A stretch of DNA of 64,000 bases from Paraspadella gotoi (Eukaryota; Animalia; Chaetognatha): the NCBI GenBank assembly GCA_051294375.1, contig CM119269.1:22242327-22306326 (forward strand), written 5' to 3'. The notes beneath the pieces are model-generated. The model made no database searches, had not been told where the DNA came from, and saw only the letters and a list, made by a program, of their open reading frames with translations. Position 1 is the stretch's first letter; each line of letters opens with the position of its first letter. This document shows, piece by piece, positions 38,242 to 50,731 of the stretch. A program made the position numbers and the translations under genes.

Positions 38242-38530
38242 TTTTTAGTCGGATCTGCATCTGCTTTCAGCAGATCCCGACTCTATAATTCAATCTTGTC
38301 GGACATTAACTTATTTCATGTCAGAACATCGAATTATGAATTATGAATTACGTCCGTCCGTCCGTCCGTCCGTCCGTCCGTCCCACCTTAGCAAAAAACT
38401 CCAATTGCTCGTGATTGGATGGATGGATTGGAATGAATTTTTTTGTGTGGGTAGGGAAGTGTGTGATTGAGCTGGATATGAAGTTTCGATGGAATCGTGG
38501 AAATGAGATAAATGGAAAAAACAAAAAAAT
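38242..38530 (+). mobile_element. Truncated DINE-1/HINE-like copy
   Basis: tttttagtcggatctgc...gcagatcccgactctataattc...(gtcc)n is the reverse complement of the 29360-29685 region. Confidence 0.75.
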
Positions 38531-39473
38531 ATATTTCAATATTTGTTACGAAATGACTATCTTTTATATTATTTATTTTATATATCATTTCTCGAATTAC
38601 AGATTTACAGATTTTCATGTTTTATAAAATGTATGAAAAATGTAGTAGTAAAGCCCTTCTTTTCTGAGACCAAACTGAATACAAAATTTACAGGTCAAAG
38701 TTGAGAGAAACGTTGTTGGATGATAAAACTTGTGGCGTTCATGGATTCGATGAGACGATATGCTTGTTACTTCCACTAAAATGATTTCTTCTTTTATAGT
38801 ATTAAAATTAGTTTCATTAGGAGATATCTGTGCATAAGCAAAACATTTTTTGCCAAATAAAAAAATACATAGAGAAAGAAAGTTCGAGCTAGAGAACCCT
38901 GTCACATGATATAAAATTGTAATGGAATTGTAATAGAAAACTCAATATAGTAGTATATCATATAAGTCATTTATGTTTTCATTCCTCTGTGATGATATAT
39001 TCAGTTTTCTTTACAGATGCTTTTAACAATGTTTTAAAGACATAAAATTTAGAGTGATAATATAAAAATGAATTATCAAAAATTCAATAACAAAATTAAT
39101 AGCACTAGTCTAAAAAAAAAAAATTACTAGGATATAGCGCCATATAAGATTTTTTTGTTTAATGAAAGTATACATAAAAAAGTTTAAATTTTCGTTTGAG
39201 CATGTACTCACTCTGAATTTTTTACTCACCCCTTTGTGTGGAGCTACTCCTTCCATAATGACTGAATATATCTTTAAAAAAATTATTAGGTTTGGTCGAG
39301 TAAAGTCAGGTTACTGATAACCCTTGAGTAAAAAAGTTGCCAAAAATAGTTTCTTTATTGGTTAGAACTGGGATTATGCATTATTTTAATTTTACTTCAT
39401 GAAATTTGAACATTGATCCTTCTAATTCAGATATACACATATAAATTATAGTATATACCTACCCAAACATAAC

Positions 39474-40911
39474 TTAACCACAAAATGGTCTGGTTTTTGG
39501 AAAATAATACAGGGTAAAAAACATAAAGGTCGTTCCATAAAGAGAATGAAAAATAAACCAAACGAGGACCAAAACCGATCTTAAAAGTTCAGATGGCTTT
39601 GGAAAAAAATCGGAAACATACAAGCTTAGGTTAAAAATGGCATTGAAAACTAACATGATTACGATAACAGTACTAAATCCACTGTACTTGCAAAATTTAA
39701 CCGTCTTCTCAGAGGCGCGTAATTTAGCCGATTGCATTTCCTTCAACTTTGCTCCAAGACGTATCCTGTTCCACAGAGCGAAGATAACAATGATCAGGTC
39801 ATAGGCTTCATTAAGTGCTCCAGCTAATTTTGAAATGTCAAACTGAAAATTCATGATGTCCATTTCATACTCGTACAATAAAATGTCTCTCAAAATTTCT
39901 ATAACGTTGCACAAGTGTAAGACGCAAGTAATGGCGAATGACCATAAATAGTAATTGATAGACTTTTCTTTGAACTGCAATGGTTCGCAGAACATGCGAG
40001 TGATGTCAAAAATGATTAAGCTAAACCCATTTTTACGGAATCCCAATAATATATCGGCCACCGTTCTTTGCAGATAGCGATAGTAGACAACTAAAAAAAA
40101 ATATTTATTTTAATCTTTAAATATATTTAGTATTCTTAGTCCATTTCGCCCCTTTTTGTAAACGACCTCCTTACTATTTAAATAGATCAATATGGTGTTG
40201 GTCAGTTAGTCTGTCTGTTAATTAACGATGATATACAACATCATTTCAGGTGAGACTAGGTAGAAAGCTGATGAACCATTAGTTGCCTAATGTGCAGAGA
40301 ACACCAGAAAATTCCGTCACATGACATTAAATTGTGCAATTCAGAGGAGTAAGCTTTGTTGTTATCAGACATCAGACAGGGGTTATTGCGCATATGTTTT
40401 ATACTTGAGTGGTTATGTAACAGCGAACAAACAAATGTGGTAACATCAGTAAATGGGGCTGATCTCACTTCATACTTTGCAGATAATTGAAAAGCCATAT
40501 GATATATGGAAGTCTGTGGGATTTTATTTGATATCCCATAATACTTACCTACTACTATCAACAAACCAATATCTTTTTTGTTAACCTACTTTTAATATAT
40601 TTTAATATCTTTTTTGTTAACCTACTTTTAATATTTTCAAAATTTAAAAGATCCTTCACTAAAGATCCGCTGATTTCAAAGTATCCACTAAGAGTAACAC
40701 CAAAAATGATGAGATACTCGTAAGCAAAGAATATTCTCATCGCTCCTTTTGTTTTGATGATGAGATGAATTTGAAGAGAAATAGCGAGAAGAGATTGAAC
40801 AACTATGAGACCAACGGTTGTCCATTTTAAAGCCAGAAATTTTGCGCGGTTTTTTTCCACTTCCTTGATGTATTGAAGTAATTGCTGAAGTTTTGGGATG
40901 GGGAATAACAC
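39474..40911 (-). pseudogene. Multi-pass membrane protein gene or fragments, possibly gustatory-receptor-like
   Basis: A 195-aa stop-free frame (39474-40061, extendable to an AG at ~40091) has ~4 hydrophobic helices spaced as in 7TM chemoreceptors. A second 117-aa frame (40558-40911) has 2 helices and a 36-bp internal duplication. I could not assemble a full spliced model or find the C-terminal signature. Confidence 0.4.
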
Positions 40912-42707
40912 TGTAAATAACGTTAAGTATCAAATATTAACACAAAAAAATACTCACTCGCCAGGCCTCGACATCAACGATGTAATCACCGTCACTCATG
41001 ATTACAGATTAGTATTGCTAAACTTTTTGTTGTGACTTGACCTTTTAAAAATTATTTTTAAACCATATTAATTTTTTTTGCCAGGCTGTCGAGGAGATCA
41101 TGACAAGTATCTTAAGAGAAAATAAAGTTTATATTTGTTACAAAAAACGATTTTTGGCATTAATTTTTTTTTTTATTCAAAAATGTTCATTATCAACTAT
41201 TCGAATTTATATTCTACTGTTGGAAGTAATGAGTAATAATGTAGAATGTTTACCCTTGCTCTTAGATTCCCTTTTTACTTTTACTCAACTCTTTTTATCA
41301 AATTGCAAATAGAGCAAATTGAATTACTCTTCAAATGATATCCGAAACAGCCAGCTATTGGAACCAACTGATTTGTTAGCTCCCCTATTTAAAAAGCTAA
41401 CCAGCAATATGTTGAGAGGCTTATAAATCTTTACAAAAGCATAAAACTCATATTATATTTTAAATTTTAATATTGTGAAAGTAAAGCCGAAACAAGTCTG
41501 TTTTATATTAATAAAACCAATCGTTGTCACACTCCAAATCAAACTTTCTTTATTTAATTTTAATATTGAATTTGGTAAGGATAAAATATAAAAATATTTT
41601 AGCTAGAAAAATGTGAGACAAAGAGAGGCTTCAGAAGAGAGCAAACCATAAAATTTTTTAACCTCGGTAATACGATTATCATCTTAATATTTTAGTAAAA
41701 AATGTGGAGGACAGAAAAAGACAAGTGAAGGGAAAAAAGACGAACTGAAGGAAAAAGCGAGAAGAAGAAAGAAAAAGTAAAAAATAAATATACAGACAAA
41801 AAAAAAGTCGAGTCTGATCGATGCGCAGATGTTTTTGATTTTCGCCTTTTTACTTCTCTATTGATGATCAACAAAATTCGAACTCTTTTGTGCTCAAATT
41901 GAGTTCCTGGCAAAAATAGTTCCGTATTTTTGTTAGAACGAAATAAAATCTATTTGTTATTTCGTGTCGTGATTTCAACTCCTGACGGAAAGTCTTTTAT
42001 AGGAAAAAGTTTTTGAGCCTCTGGCAATGGGCATCACAGGCACCCCGGCTGTTGCCATAGTTTTGTATTTTCCAGAAACTTTATTATCAAATTTTATTCA
42101 ATGAAAACATAGTTTCCAAAGCTGGTGGACGATCAATTGAGTTCTATGAAGAAACTAGAAACGATTTCCAAATATCTCTCTTACTTTAGGACTGAATTTT
42201 CCCTTAGAAAGGCAGAGTATTTTTAAATATATACTTATACCGGAATATTCTTAATTTTAAGTTTCATGTAAATCGAATCGTGAAAATAGAAAATATTAAA
42301 AGAAAACTTGAGAAAATCCGCCCCTTCCATGGAATGTTTTCTCCATTCAAAATTTTTGCGAAATCTGACTTTTAGAATTCCAATCGCTAGATTCTCTTTT
42401 AATTTTAGTGTAAATAAAAATTTCGTTCAAATGGAGCAGTTCACTTTACCCTGATCAATGATCATATCATATTAAAATAACTAAATAAAATGTAAAGAAA
42501 AATTTAGAAAGAACTTCAATCACTAAGCCAGAGGATTAGAGAAGTAAAATCATACTATTTGCACCATTAAGAAATAAAAAACATATTTGAGCAGACAATG
42601 TCGGATCTGCTCACTACATATAAGAAGTTCCGGCTAAAAATAAAAAGCATTGGTTAATCAAATGGTTATTCAAATCACTTTACCTACTTTATCTCACTCA
42701 GTTTTCG

Positions 42708-42758
<51 letters not shown>

Positions 42759-43134
42759 CAGTTCCCGGTTTATGGCAGCCTACAGTACATATCTCTTCGA
42801 GATATCTCTGTGGATCGTCTATCCAATTTTCTACAAATCAAATTTTGTCAAATAAACTCTTGGCGTCTCATGATTAAATTCTGTTTTTCTCGGATCTCAT
42901 GTTTCTATTCTACTAGTATAATTTATATTAATGATTTTAAAGTCGGATTTGCGTGATGTTTTGGAAAAACTTCAAAGTTGTTGTCGTTCCATGCAAAGTG
43001 GAGCAACAAACAGGGTGATCTTTTCTATTTTTTTTCTGTTGGCAATTAATAAGTAGTTTATTCTTTTCTAAACAGAATTAATGAAGAAAAACAAATCTTT
43101 TTCTGACTTTCTCCCGCCTTTTAAAAACTCAAAA

Positions 43135-43365
43135 ATGTCGTCTTTGAGCAAAAAGGGAATCTTGATCTTATTGGTGGTCGTCGCTCTCGTCAGCGTCGTC
43201 GATGCCCAAGGCCGTCGACAGCTCCCTCGATCCCCCAAAGGCCCCCAGGGATTCAAAGAAATCATCCACAACAAACTCGAAGAAAGAAAACCCAAGCCGA
43301 CTGTTCAAAGCGCCCATAATTTTTTTAATGTGGATAACCTGCTCAATGCAAACTTTGCGGGCTGA
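43135..43365 (+). CDS. Orphan secreted peptide A (76 aa) with C-terminal Gly
   Basis: MSSLSKKGILILLVVVALVSVVDA|QGRRQLPRSPKGPQGFKEIIHNKLEERKPKPTVQSAHNFFNVDNLLNANFAG*. The ATG is in an aaaaATG context, AATAAA lies downstream, and the frame is conserved in the paralog. Confidence 0.8.
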   Translation: MSSLSKKGILILLVVVALVSVVDAQGRRQLPRSPKGPQGFKEIIHNKLEERKPKPTVQSAHNFFNVDNLLNANFAG

Positions 43366-43966
43366 GCTTAAGTCTCTAATACGGCAAAATTTGCAAGAAA
43401 AATTCTCATGGTGAAATGAAATCAAGAATCAAACAGACATGTAATTAATTTATAAAGATACTGGACATTAATTTCCCCAAATGCAAAGTTTTTAAAAAAA
43501 AATAATCGTTTTTTGTTATTTGTAAAAAATAAAGAAAATCTGGCCAAAATATGTTAATAAAGAAACTGAACAGAACAAATGTGTGAAATTTTTTTCAAGA
43601 TAATTTTTTTATACGAGTAATCATTTTTTGTCTCACTTTTATTGTAATATATTTTCTTTCAACATCAGAATTATTTTCTCTTTTAAGTGATGCACAATTA
43701 TTTTAGTTGAGGTAGAAAAGTATCGAGTTTTACATATTCATAAAAATTGTTCATTAACTAATAAAAGTTGCACATAAAACTTCCATAGAATATAAAAAAA
43801 GGGAATTTGCATGCTTACAGCCCGCCAAAATCATTAACTAATATAGATACTGTTCATTTAACCAATAGCCACAAATGATAGATTTAAATAACTCATTGTA
43901 TACCATTATCAGGTCTATTACTCAGTCATAAAACCATCATTATTATCATCACAACTATCATTCCTT

Positions 43967-46900
43967 TCAACTCCTTTGATGATATTTAACAACAACAACA
44001 TTTTCGATCCCAAAGTCCATCATCTTTGGGTTCAACTCTTTTGTTGCCTCTGATGGGAGAATCTGAAATCTCCGCACAATCGTCGCCAGCGCAGTTTTGA
44101 TCTCTGCAAGGGCAAAGCGCTGCCCAATACAGTTGCGGAGTCCAAAGCCGAAAGGGACGAAGTAGGCGGGGTCGCGGGCAGAGCGGGCAGATTTAGAAAA
44201 TCTAGAGGGAGGACAGGGGGTTGGGGAGGGGAAGGCAGTTTAAAGTTCACACTTAATTTGTCTGCCTGATATTGGGAATGTTTTTTTGTAATAAATATAA
44301 TAACTACGTAATCCTATTTTAAAAAGTATTAAAATGCAGTTTATAATTTTACAAGTCGATTTTTATTTACTTTTCTCTTGTGGTTTTTAATTCGAGCTTA
44401 TTCTGCAGATTTTCTTATATTGACTGTACTTTTTTTTGTACCTTGATGGATCAAACTTCTCTGGTTCTGGCCATACTTCGGGATTGTAATGCAATGCCCA
44501 CATGTTGAGGGAAACTGATACATCTTTTTTGACAAAAAATTCCCGACCTAAATAAAAGTAACTACTACTTAAATATTGAATAGAAATAATTTTATTGTAC
44601 ATACCAGAAGCATCAGTGATTATGGAGTCTTGCAAAGCCGTTCGTGATGTAACACCAAAGGGTGCAGGAGGACAAAGCCTCAAAGTTTCAAAGATGACCA
44701 TCTCTAAGTATTCCATTTGTGATAACTGTTCAGCTGATGGAGATTCATTTGAAGATTTAAGGATGGAAGTAATTTCTTTGAAGAGTGATTCCTGTCAATA
44801 ATTTTTATAATCATTGATTAATCAGAAAACTGATCATATTGTCTTGATACATTACATACCTGGACATCTTGATGCTTTGCAAGGAGGTACGTAATGTAAG
44901 AAAGAGTTCTGCTTGTAGTTTCAAATCCACCGACAACCATGGTTGCTGCTTGCATAGAAATCTCGGCCTCTGATTAAAAAAAATAATTTCTGTACGTAAT
45001 TTTATTTTTCTGTCAATTTTTAAAGAGGAAAGGTCATTCAGCATAACAATACGTATTCATTGATGTGTTAGAGCTAATATATCGAGAAAAACATTATAGT
45101 CATCACTAATCACAAAAAAATAAAATTCTTATTTATATGTAAACATTCTGTTTTCAATCATTTTTTTTAAATGGGTAAATAACAAAATTGTTAAGTTAAA
45201 TGGGTAAGCACATTTTTTAAAGATTTGTTTTTCAATCTGGTTGTTAAAAAATTCTAGGTAAGAAGTTAAAACACGGTATGGGATAGTTTAGAAGAGGAGA
45301 ATTAAACAATTAATCTAGTTACTCTGTTGGTTTCCAGTCATGAACAAAATCTTCAGTTAAATAGATGGTAAAGAAATTCGAGCTACAATGAATCTACACT
45401 GAATTTGAAGAGTTGCAGCCTAAACGACTGCAATAATATTGAATTAAAAATTTGATTAGCAATCTTAAAAACATTTGTAAAAATGTAATAGAGAGACATT
45501 TTGATAAACGCGTTCCAGTTAGAAAGAATTCGGGGTTAAAATTTAAAAACGTTTCATTTTCAAGGATACAAGTTGAAATTTAAAAATGTCTCTCTATTAC
45601 ATTTTTCTAATTCAGTAATAAAAAATTCATAAAAAATATCAGATGAATTGGCCTTTTCGTTTGACCTGCAACTCTTCAGATAGGTTTCTTTTATTTTATA
45701 TTATAATTAAAACCGATATGAAATGGGGTAGAATGCATCAAATGCTTAAAGTGAATAAATTTTTGGAATCGCCAGGAGCTCAGCTTTCTGAATTTGTACT
45801 CCATTTTAGCCTATTTTGAAGTTGAATTGAATGACCCTTTTTCTTAACAAAATCGATGCTTCTTTTTCTATTAAAATGTCAGTTACATGAAACTACAAAA
45901 AAAACTAAGTTTAATTAAAACATTTTTTGTGGGGTTTACAAGTGCAGTATTTAATTGTTTCCGATATTTTCGATTTAATTTGGCAAATCATTTTTCAAGG
46001 CAGTCCAAATGTGATTTAATTTAATTTACCTCACCTGTGCATATGATGTCCCTTCAAAATTTAAAACTAAGTTTGTTTTAAAATACTTTTTCCTTATATA
46101 TTTGACTCTGTTAGTTTAGTGTTAGTTTATTTTCACCAACCCAAAACTAGTACAATGTTTAATCCTCAAATCAATCAACTCCTAACATTGTTGCACCTGT
46201 CATGCCTCTGACAGGATCGTTAACGTGCGCCAATGATTCAACTTCAGATTCAAACAAAAGACCAACGAAGTCGTCACGTTTCTTTGCTACTTCCGGGTGG
46301 AGGCGCGCCTCTTCTTTTCGCGTCCTACATCACGGGAGTTTATTTATTTCATTTTATTTAATCACGCTTAATCTCATTTACAAGCACTAATTTAGAAAGA
46401 ACAATCATATCTGCTTAGTATCTGGTAAACTTTTACACTCTAATCAATCTTGTTTCTCTATTCCTCTCCTTACCTTTAATAAATCCTCTGCCCTCTGCCC
46501 ACTACTTACCAACCAACTTACCTAATGAGCTTTCTTGCTGCCGACTGCATTGGATCCACAACATTTGAGTTGAAGATTTTGTCAATGAATTGAACAAAAG
46601 GAACGAGTCTCTGGCAAATGAGGCAGAGAAAGATTTTGAGCGAAGTTCGATTGATGCCTCGGACTAGGCGAAGCGCGGCATCGAGGATGTAATGGTGTTG
46701 TCTGTTGCATAGTGGGAGGTATCATGAACCCGGGGGGAAGGGTGAAGGAAAAAGTGTGATTGGGGGGAAAGGGAGAAAAGTAGAGAAGTTAAGGAGATAA
46801 CGAATGTAAAGCCCCAAGATACAGGGATTAGGGGAATGAGGGATGACAGAGAAAAAAACCAGTTTTCATTCAACCAGGACATGCAAAAATGAAGGAAGAC

Positions 46901-47974
46901 AAAAGTTTTACGCTGTACCTCTGTGAGTTAACTTCTAATCCAAAGGCGCAGAGGCTGACTGCGTCTACAGCAAGTCTCTGATAAAACGGGATCACATCAA
47001 ACTCGGCCTCACCATCCTTGTTTAGTCTGGGAGGTAAGGTTAATGAGTTCAGGTTATCAATGATTTTATTCTATATATACGTACATATTAGTATTTTTTT
47101 CATTTTAATTGAAATATTTTACTGTTAAAAACGGCTTACTTTTCTCCAACAATTTCAACAAAGGCCCCGACGCATGTATTGAAGGTTGGTGTCATTTTTC
47201 TTATTCGATTTAAACTGAAAAAGGGAGTAACAATCGAACGCATTGGACGCCATCTCTCATAGTGGACGAGACTGAGTACGTTTCGAGCCGATTCGGGCGG
47301 CGGCAGCACTAAGACAGAGACAGAGATTGAGAATTTAATATGTAGCTAAAATCAATACCAAGCCACTCAATTCAAACCGATTCTCCTGTTGGGAAAGAGA
47401 TGAAAGTCTTTGACAAAGACGCACTTGATTACATCCGGGTCTGAGGTGAGGATGTGAGGAATGGAACCGAAAAAGACGCCGAATGTTCGACCGAATTTCT
47501 TTTCAAGATTTAAAAATCCTTCTTTGGTTCCGTTTCCATCATCCATGTCTGAGGAAGGCATTTTAGGAAAAACTGCATCAGCTGATGACTATTTTCTAAT
47601 TATTTTCTTTGGTGCCATTAACCAATATTATCCGTTTTTTTTAAATTATTTAAGCAGCATCTACACTCTCTCTTTTCTTATCCCCTATTTTATCCACCAT
47701 CCCTTTCTACACCCTCATTCCCTTTTAATTTTATCTCACCCTTCAAATTCCCACAAAAAATGTGGGATCAGGCGCTCGCTTGGGCATGTTCCATCGATTC
47801 CGCATCGACCAAAAAGAAAAAGACGAACAACCGGAAATGAATCCATCGATCGATGAGAAAAATCGATGCCAACAGGAGCGACGCCACGCCCAACAGGAGC
47901 GTCGGCGAGGGGAGCGAGGGTAGCTCCAGCGAAGAGAGTTGTAGAGGGACAAAGTCGGGCCAGAGAGAGAACAT
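43967..47974 (-). CDS. Cytochrome P450 copy A (CYP3-clan-like), 10 exons, exon 1 corrupted
   Basis: N-terminal anchor LLLGVASLLLASIFLI, FGRTFGVFFGSIPHILTSDPD, C-helix WRPMR, I-helix GGFETTS, K-helix ETLRLCPP, PEKFDPSRF and heme motif FGFGLRNCIG. Stop at 43967-43969. Frameshifting extra bases at ~47750-47825. Confidence 0.92.
45407..45678. mobile_element. Foldback MITE in a CYP-A intron
   Basis: gaagagttgcagcctaaacga ... tcgtttgacctgcaactcttc, with inner arms aatgtaatagagagacatttt / aaaatgtctctctattacatt. Confidence 0.7.
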
Positions 47975-48975
47975 TTTGGGTTCACAAAATATTGCTGAGG
48001 AAATTTGTAAGCGTTAGCTTATTTGTTACTCTGTGTGCCTGTCTGTTATTTAGATAATAAAATAATAAAATTCGTTGCACAAAAGTCAAACAATTTTCTA
48101 AATCACCAAAACAACGGAAAAGAAAGAATTTTACCATGGATAATTTTAGATAATTTGTTTCAGTATTTCTTCAGTTTATTTTTTTTATAAAAAATTAAAA
48201 AAGGCAATTTTAAAAAATCTGTATAATTGTGTTTGTAAGAAAGGATTTGTCCATTAAGATTTGAAAATCGAATAAAATTTCTGATTTCAATATTTTTCAA
48301 CAAATTTCCAGATTAAAAAAAAAATTGGGACGAGTTTTAAAGTTAAAAGGTTGTAAAACTGGTCTTCACCAGTTTTTCGTAGCCGCGAGGCGTAACTGAA
48401 AATCTTTCTAGTTCAGTTCTTTTGTTTCAAAAGATTTATCGGAAGTATTAGATAAAGTTTTTTTCTACAAATGTAAAGAGACAGAATAATTATTATGAAT
48501 AGGTGATACGTAGTAACCTTCAATTTAAGACGTCCCTGAGCTTCGGATCACGCTGTAACACTATGTTACAGGAGGGTTGAGCGCCCTGTCCGTCTTAACG
48601 CTCAGGAGCCACCGGGCTAGTATAACCCTGGACCTTTGAGTTGGGAGGAATGACTTGTTTCCTGCAGCAAAGACCGACGTGAAAGGTTAATGTATCTTAA
48701 GACACCAGACTGACGCATATATTTCAAGATTCAAAATCACTTTATCCCTTTAAATTGTCTTTAACACTCTCTCTCTCTGTCTACCTCTCTCACTCTCTCT
48801 CACTCTTGTGCCGCGCTCTCTTCTTCAGTCTTCTTCACCTTTAATGTCTCTCTGTTCAATTATCATTGTTTGCCAATAAAATGACTTTTGTGCCTCTACA
48901 CCTTTTTTGAACAGAATTCAAGAAGTAAAGAAACAAAGTTTTTTCAAACTTTCTCCTACTTTCATAAACTCAAAA

Positions 48976-49185
48976 ATGTCGAACTTTGAAAAAATGATCT
49001 TATTAGTGATCATCGCTTTAGTCAGCGTCGTTGATGCTAAAAGCCGTCGACAGGTCCCTCAACAGGGAGTCAGAGACTTAATCCGTAACAAACGCAAGGA
49101 GAGCCAACCCAAGACGACTGTTCAAAGCACCCATAATGTTGCTGTTAATGAGGATAACCTGCTCAATGAAAACTTTTTGGGCTGA
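48976..49185 (+). CDS. Orphan secreted peptide B (69 aa), paralog of A, with C-terminal Gly
   Basis: MSNFEKMILLVIIALVSVVDA|KSRRQVPQQGVRDLIRNKRKESQPKTTVQSTHNVAVNEDNLLNENFLG*. Indels relative to A preserve the frame. Confidence 0.8.
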   Translation: MSNFEKMILLVIIALVSVVDAKSRRQVPQQGVRDLIRNKRKESQPKTTVQSTHNVAVNEDNLLNENFLG

Positions 49186-49414
49186 GCTTATATAAGCAAT
49201 ATTACAGCAATATTTGCAAGCAAAACCCCAATGGCAAAATGAAATCAAGAATCAAATAGAAATGGAATTTATTTATAAAGATACTAGACATTAATTTCCC
49301 CAAATGTGATTCATTTCATTTTAAAAATATTCGTTTTCAGATATTGGTAAAAACTAATGTAAAAAAACTATCTGACCAAAATAGATAATAGATAATATTA
49401 ATAAATAGATAATA

Positions 49415-49884
49415 AACAAGTTTGAGCAAACAATGTCGGATCTGCCTACGATAATTAAGCGGTAATCAGCTAATGATAAATCACAATATTTTTAAAAATT
49501 TTTCACAATAATTAATTAATTAATTAATTAAAACATTTATTAGTAATTATAAATAATAAAGATTCAAGTAAATGTGACTTATGTTTTTTCCATTTAAACT
49601 CATTTCCACTCGCACGATTCCGTCAAAACTTTATATCTAGCTTCTTCACACACTTTCCTACCAACACAAAATTTCATTCCAATCCAACCTCCCAATGACG
49701 AGTTATTGGAGCTTTTTGCTAAGGTGGGACGGACGGACGGACAGACAGACAGACAGATGGACGGACGGACATCATTTGTTTTTTAATTTATCATAATTCG
49801 TGTTCTCACATGATGTAAGTGATTGCCCAACAATATTGAGGGGAGGACCGACGGACCGACAAGGTGAATTATAGAGTCGGGATC
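49415..49884 (-). mobile_element. DINE-1/HINE-like copy between peptide B and CYP-B
   Basis: acaagtttgagcaaacaatgtcggatctgc...(ggac/agac)n...gaattatagagtcgggatct. Absent from the equivalent position of cassette A. Confidence 0.75.
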
Positions 49885-50124
49885 TTATATTTTGAAGATA
49901 AATTTTTTTGGCACTTGTACTGATTTACGGTCTCACTTTTAGTGCAATAGATTTTCTTTTAACCTCAGACTAATTTCATTGTTTTATAGAACCACAATGA
50001 TTTTGAGGTAGAAAGTTATCTATTTTTACAAACTGAATACAACTAGTAAAATTTGCGCATAAAAATGAGACTGTTTAATTTGCAAATGAACATAAATGAT
50101 AGAGATAAATAACTCATTGTATAC

Positions 50125-50664
50125 TAGAATGTAGCACTTGAGAATAAAAATTTGATAATTTCAAGCGAGATATTATGATAATGGAATATAAAAAGTATTT
50201 TGTTAATATTGTTTCGGGAACAGAAAAGCAAATAAAATATATTTATAGTATTATAATTATCCTTATAAAATAAAAAAATTCAAAATAATTTTTTTGAAAT
50301 TTTTATTACAGATTCAGATTGCTCATAAAATATATAATATTTTATCACAAATTTCTTTGTCTACAGTGTCAAAATTTTAAAAAAGTTTTTAACTTTCTGT
50401 AGTTAAAACTATTATATGATAGTTTTTATCGTTTTTCGCAGCTTTAACATTAAAATGCCATATAACTTATTTTATAAAAGTTTCTTATTTTTTCTAACAA
50501 ATCCGAATCTGTTATTAAAATTTTTAAAAAATTGATTTGAAATTTTACAAATTTATAAGGATACTATTACAAAGAAAAAACAATTTGTTATCCTAAAAAA
50601 ATTTTTAAAAGGCATGATTTTCTTTAATTACATATACGCTTAATATTTTCATTACTCCACCCTA
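50125..50664. mobile_element. Foldback MITE in the 3' flank/UTR of CYP-B
   Basis: Palindromic body. It splits the sequence aactcattgtatac|cattatcagg, which is contiguous in cassette A (~43890), and gtatac is duplicated. Confidence 0.75.
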
Positions 50665-50731
50665 TAAGGTATACCATTATCAGGTTACTGTCATTAAACC
50701 ACCATAATTATCATCACAACTATCATTCCTC

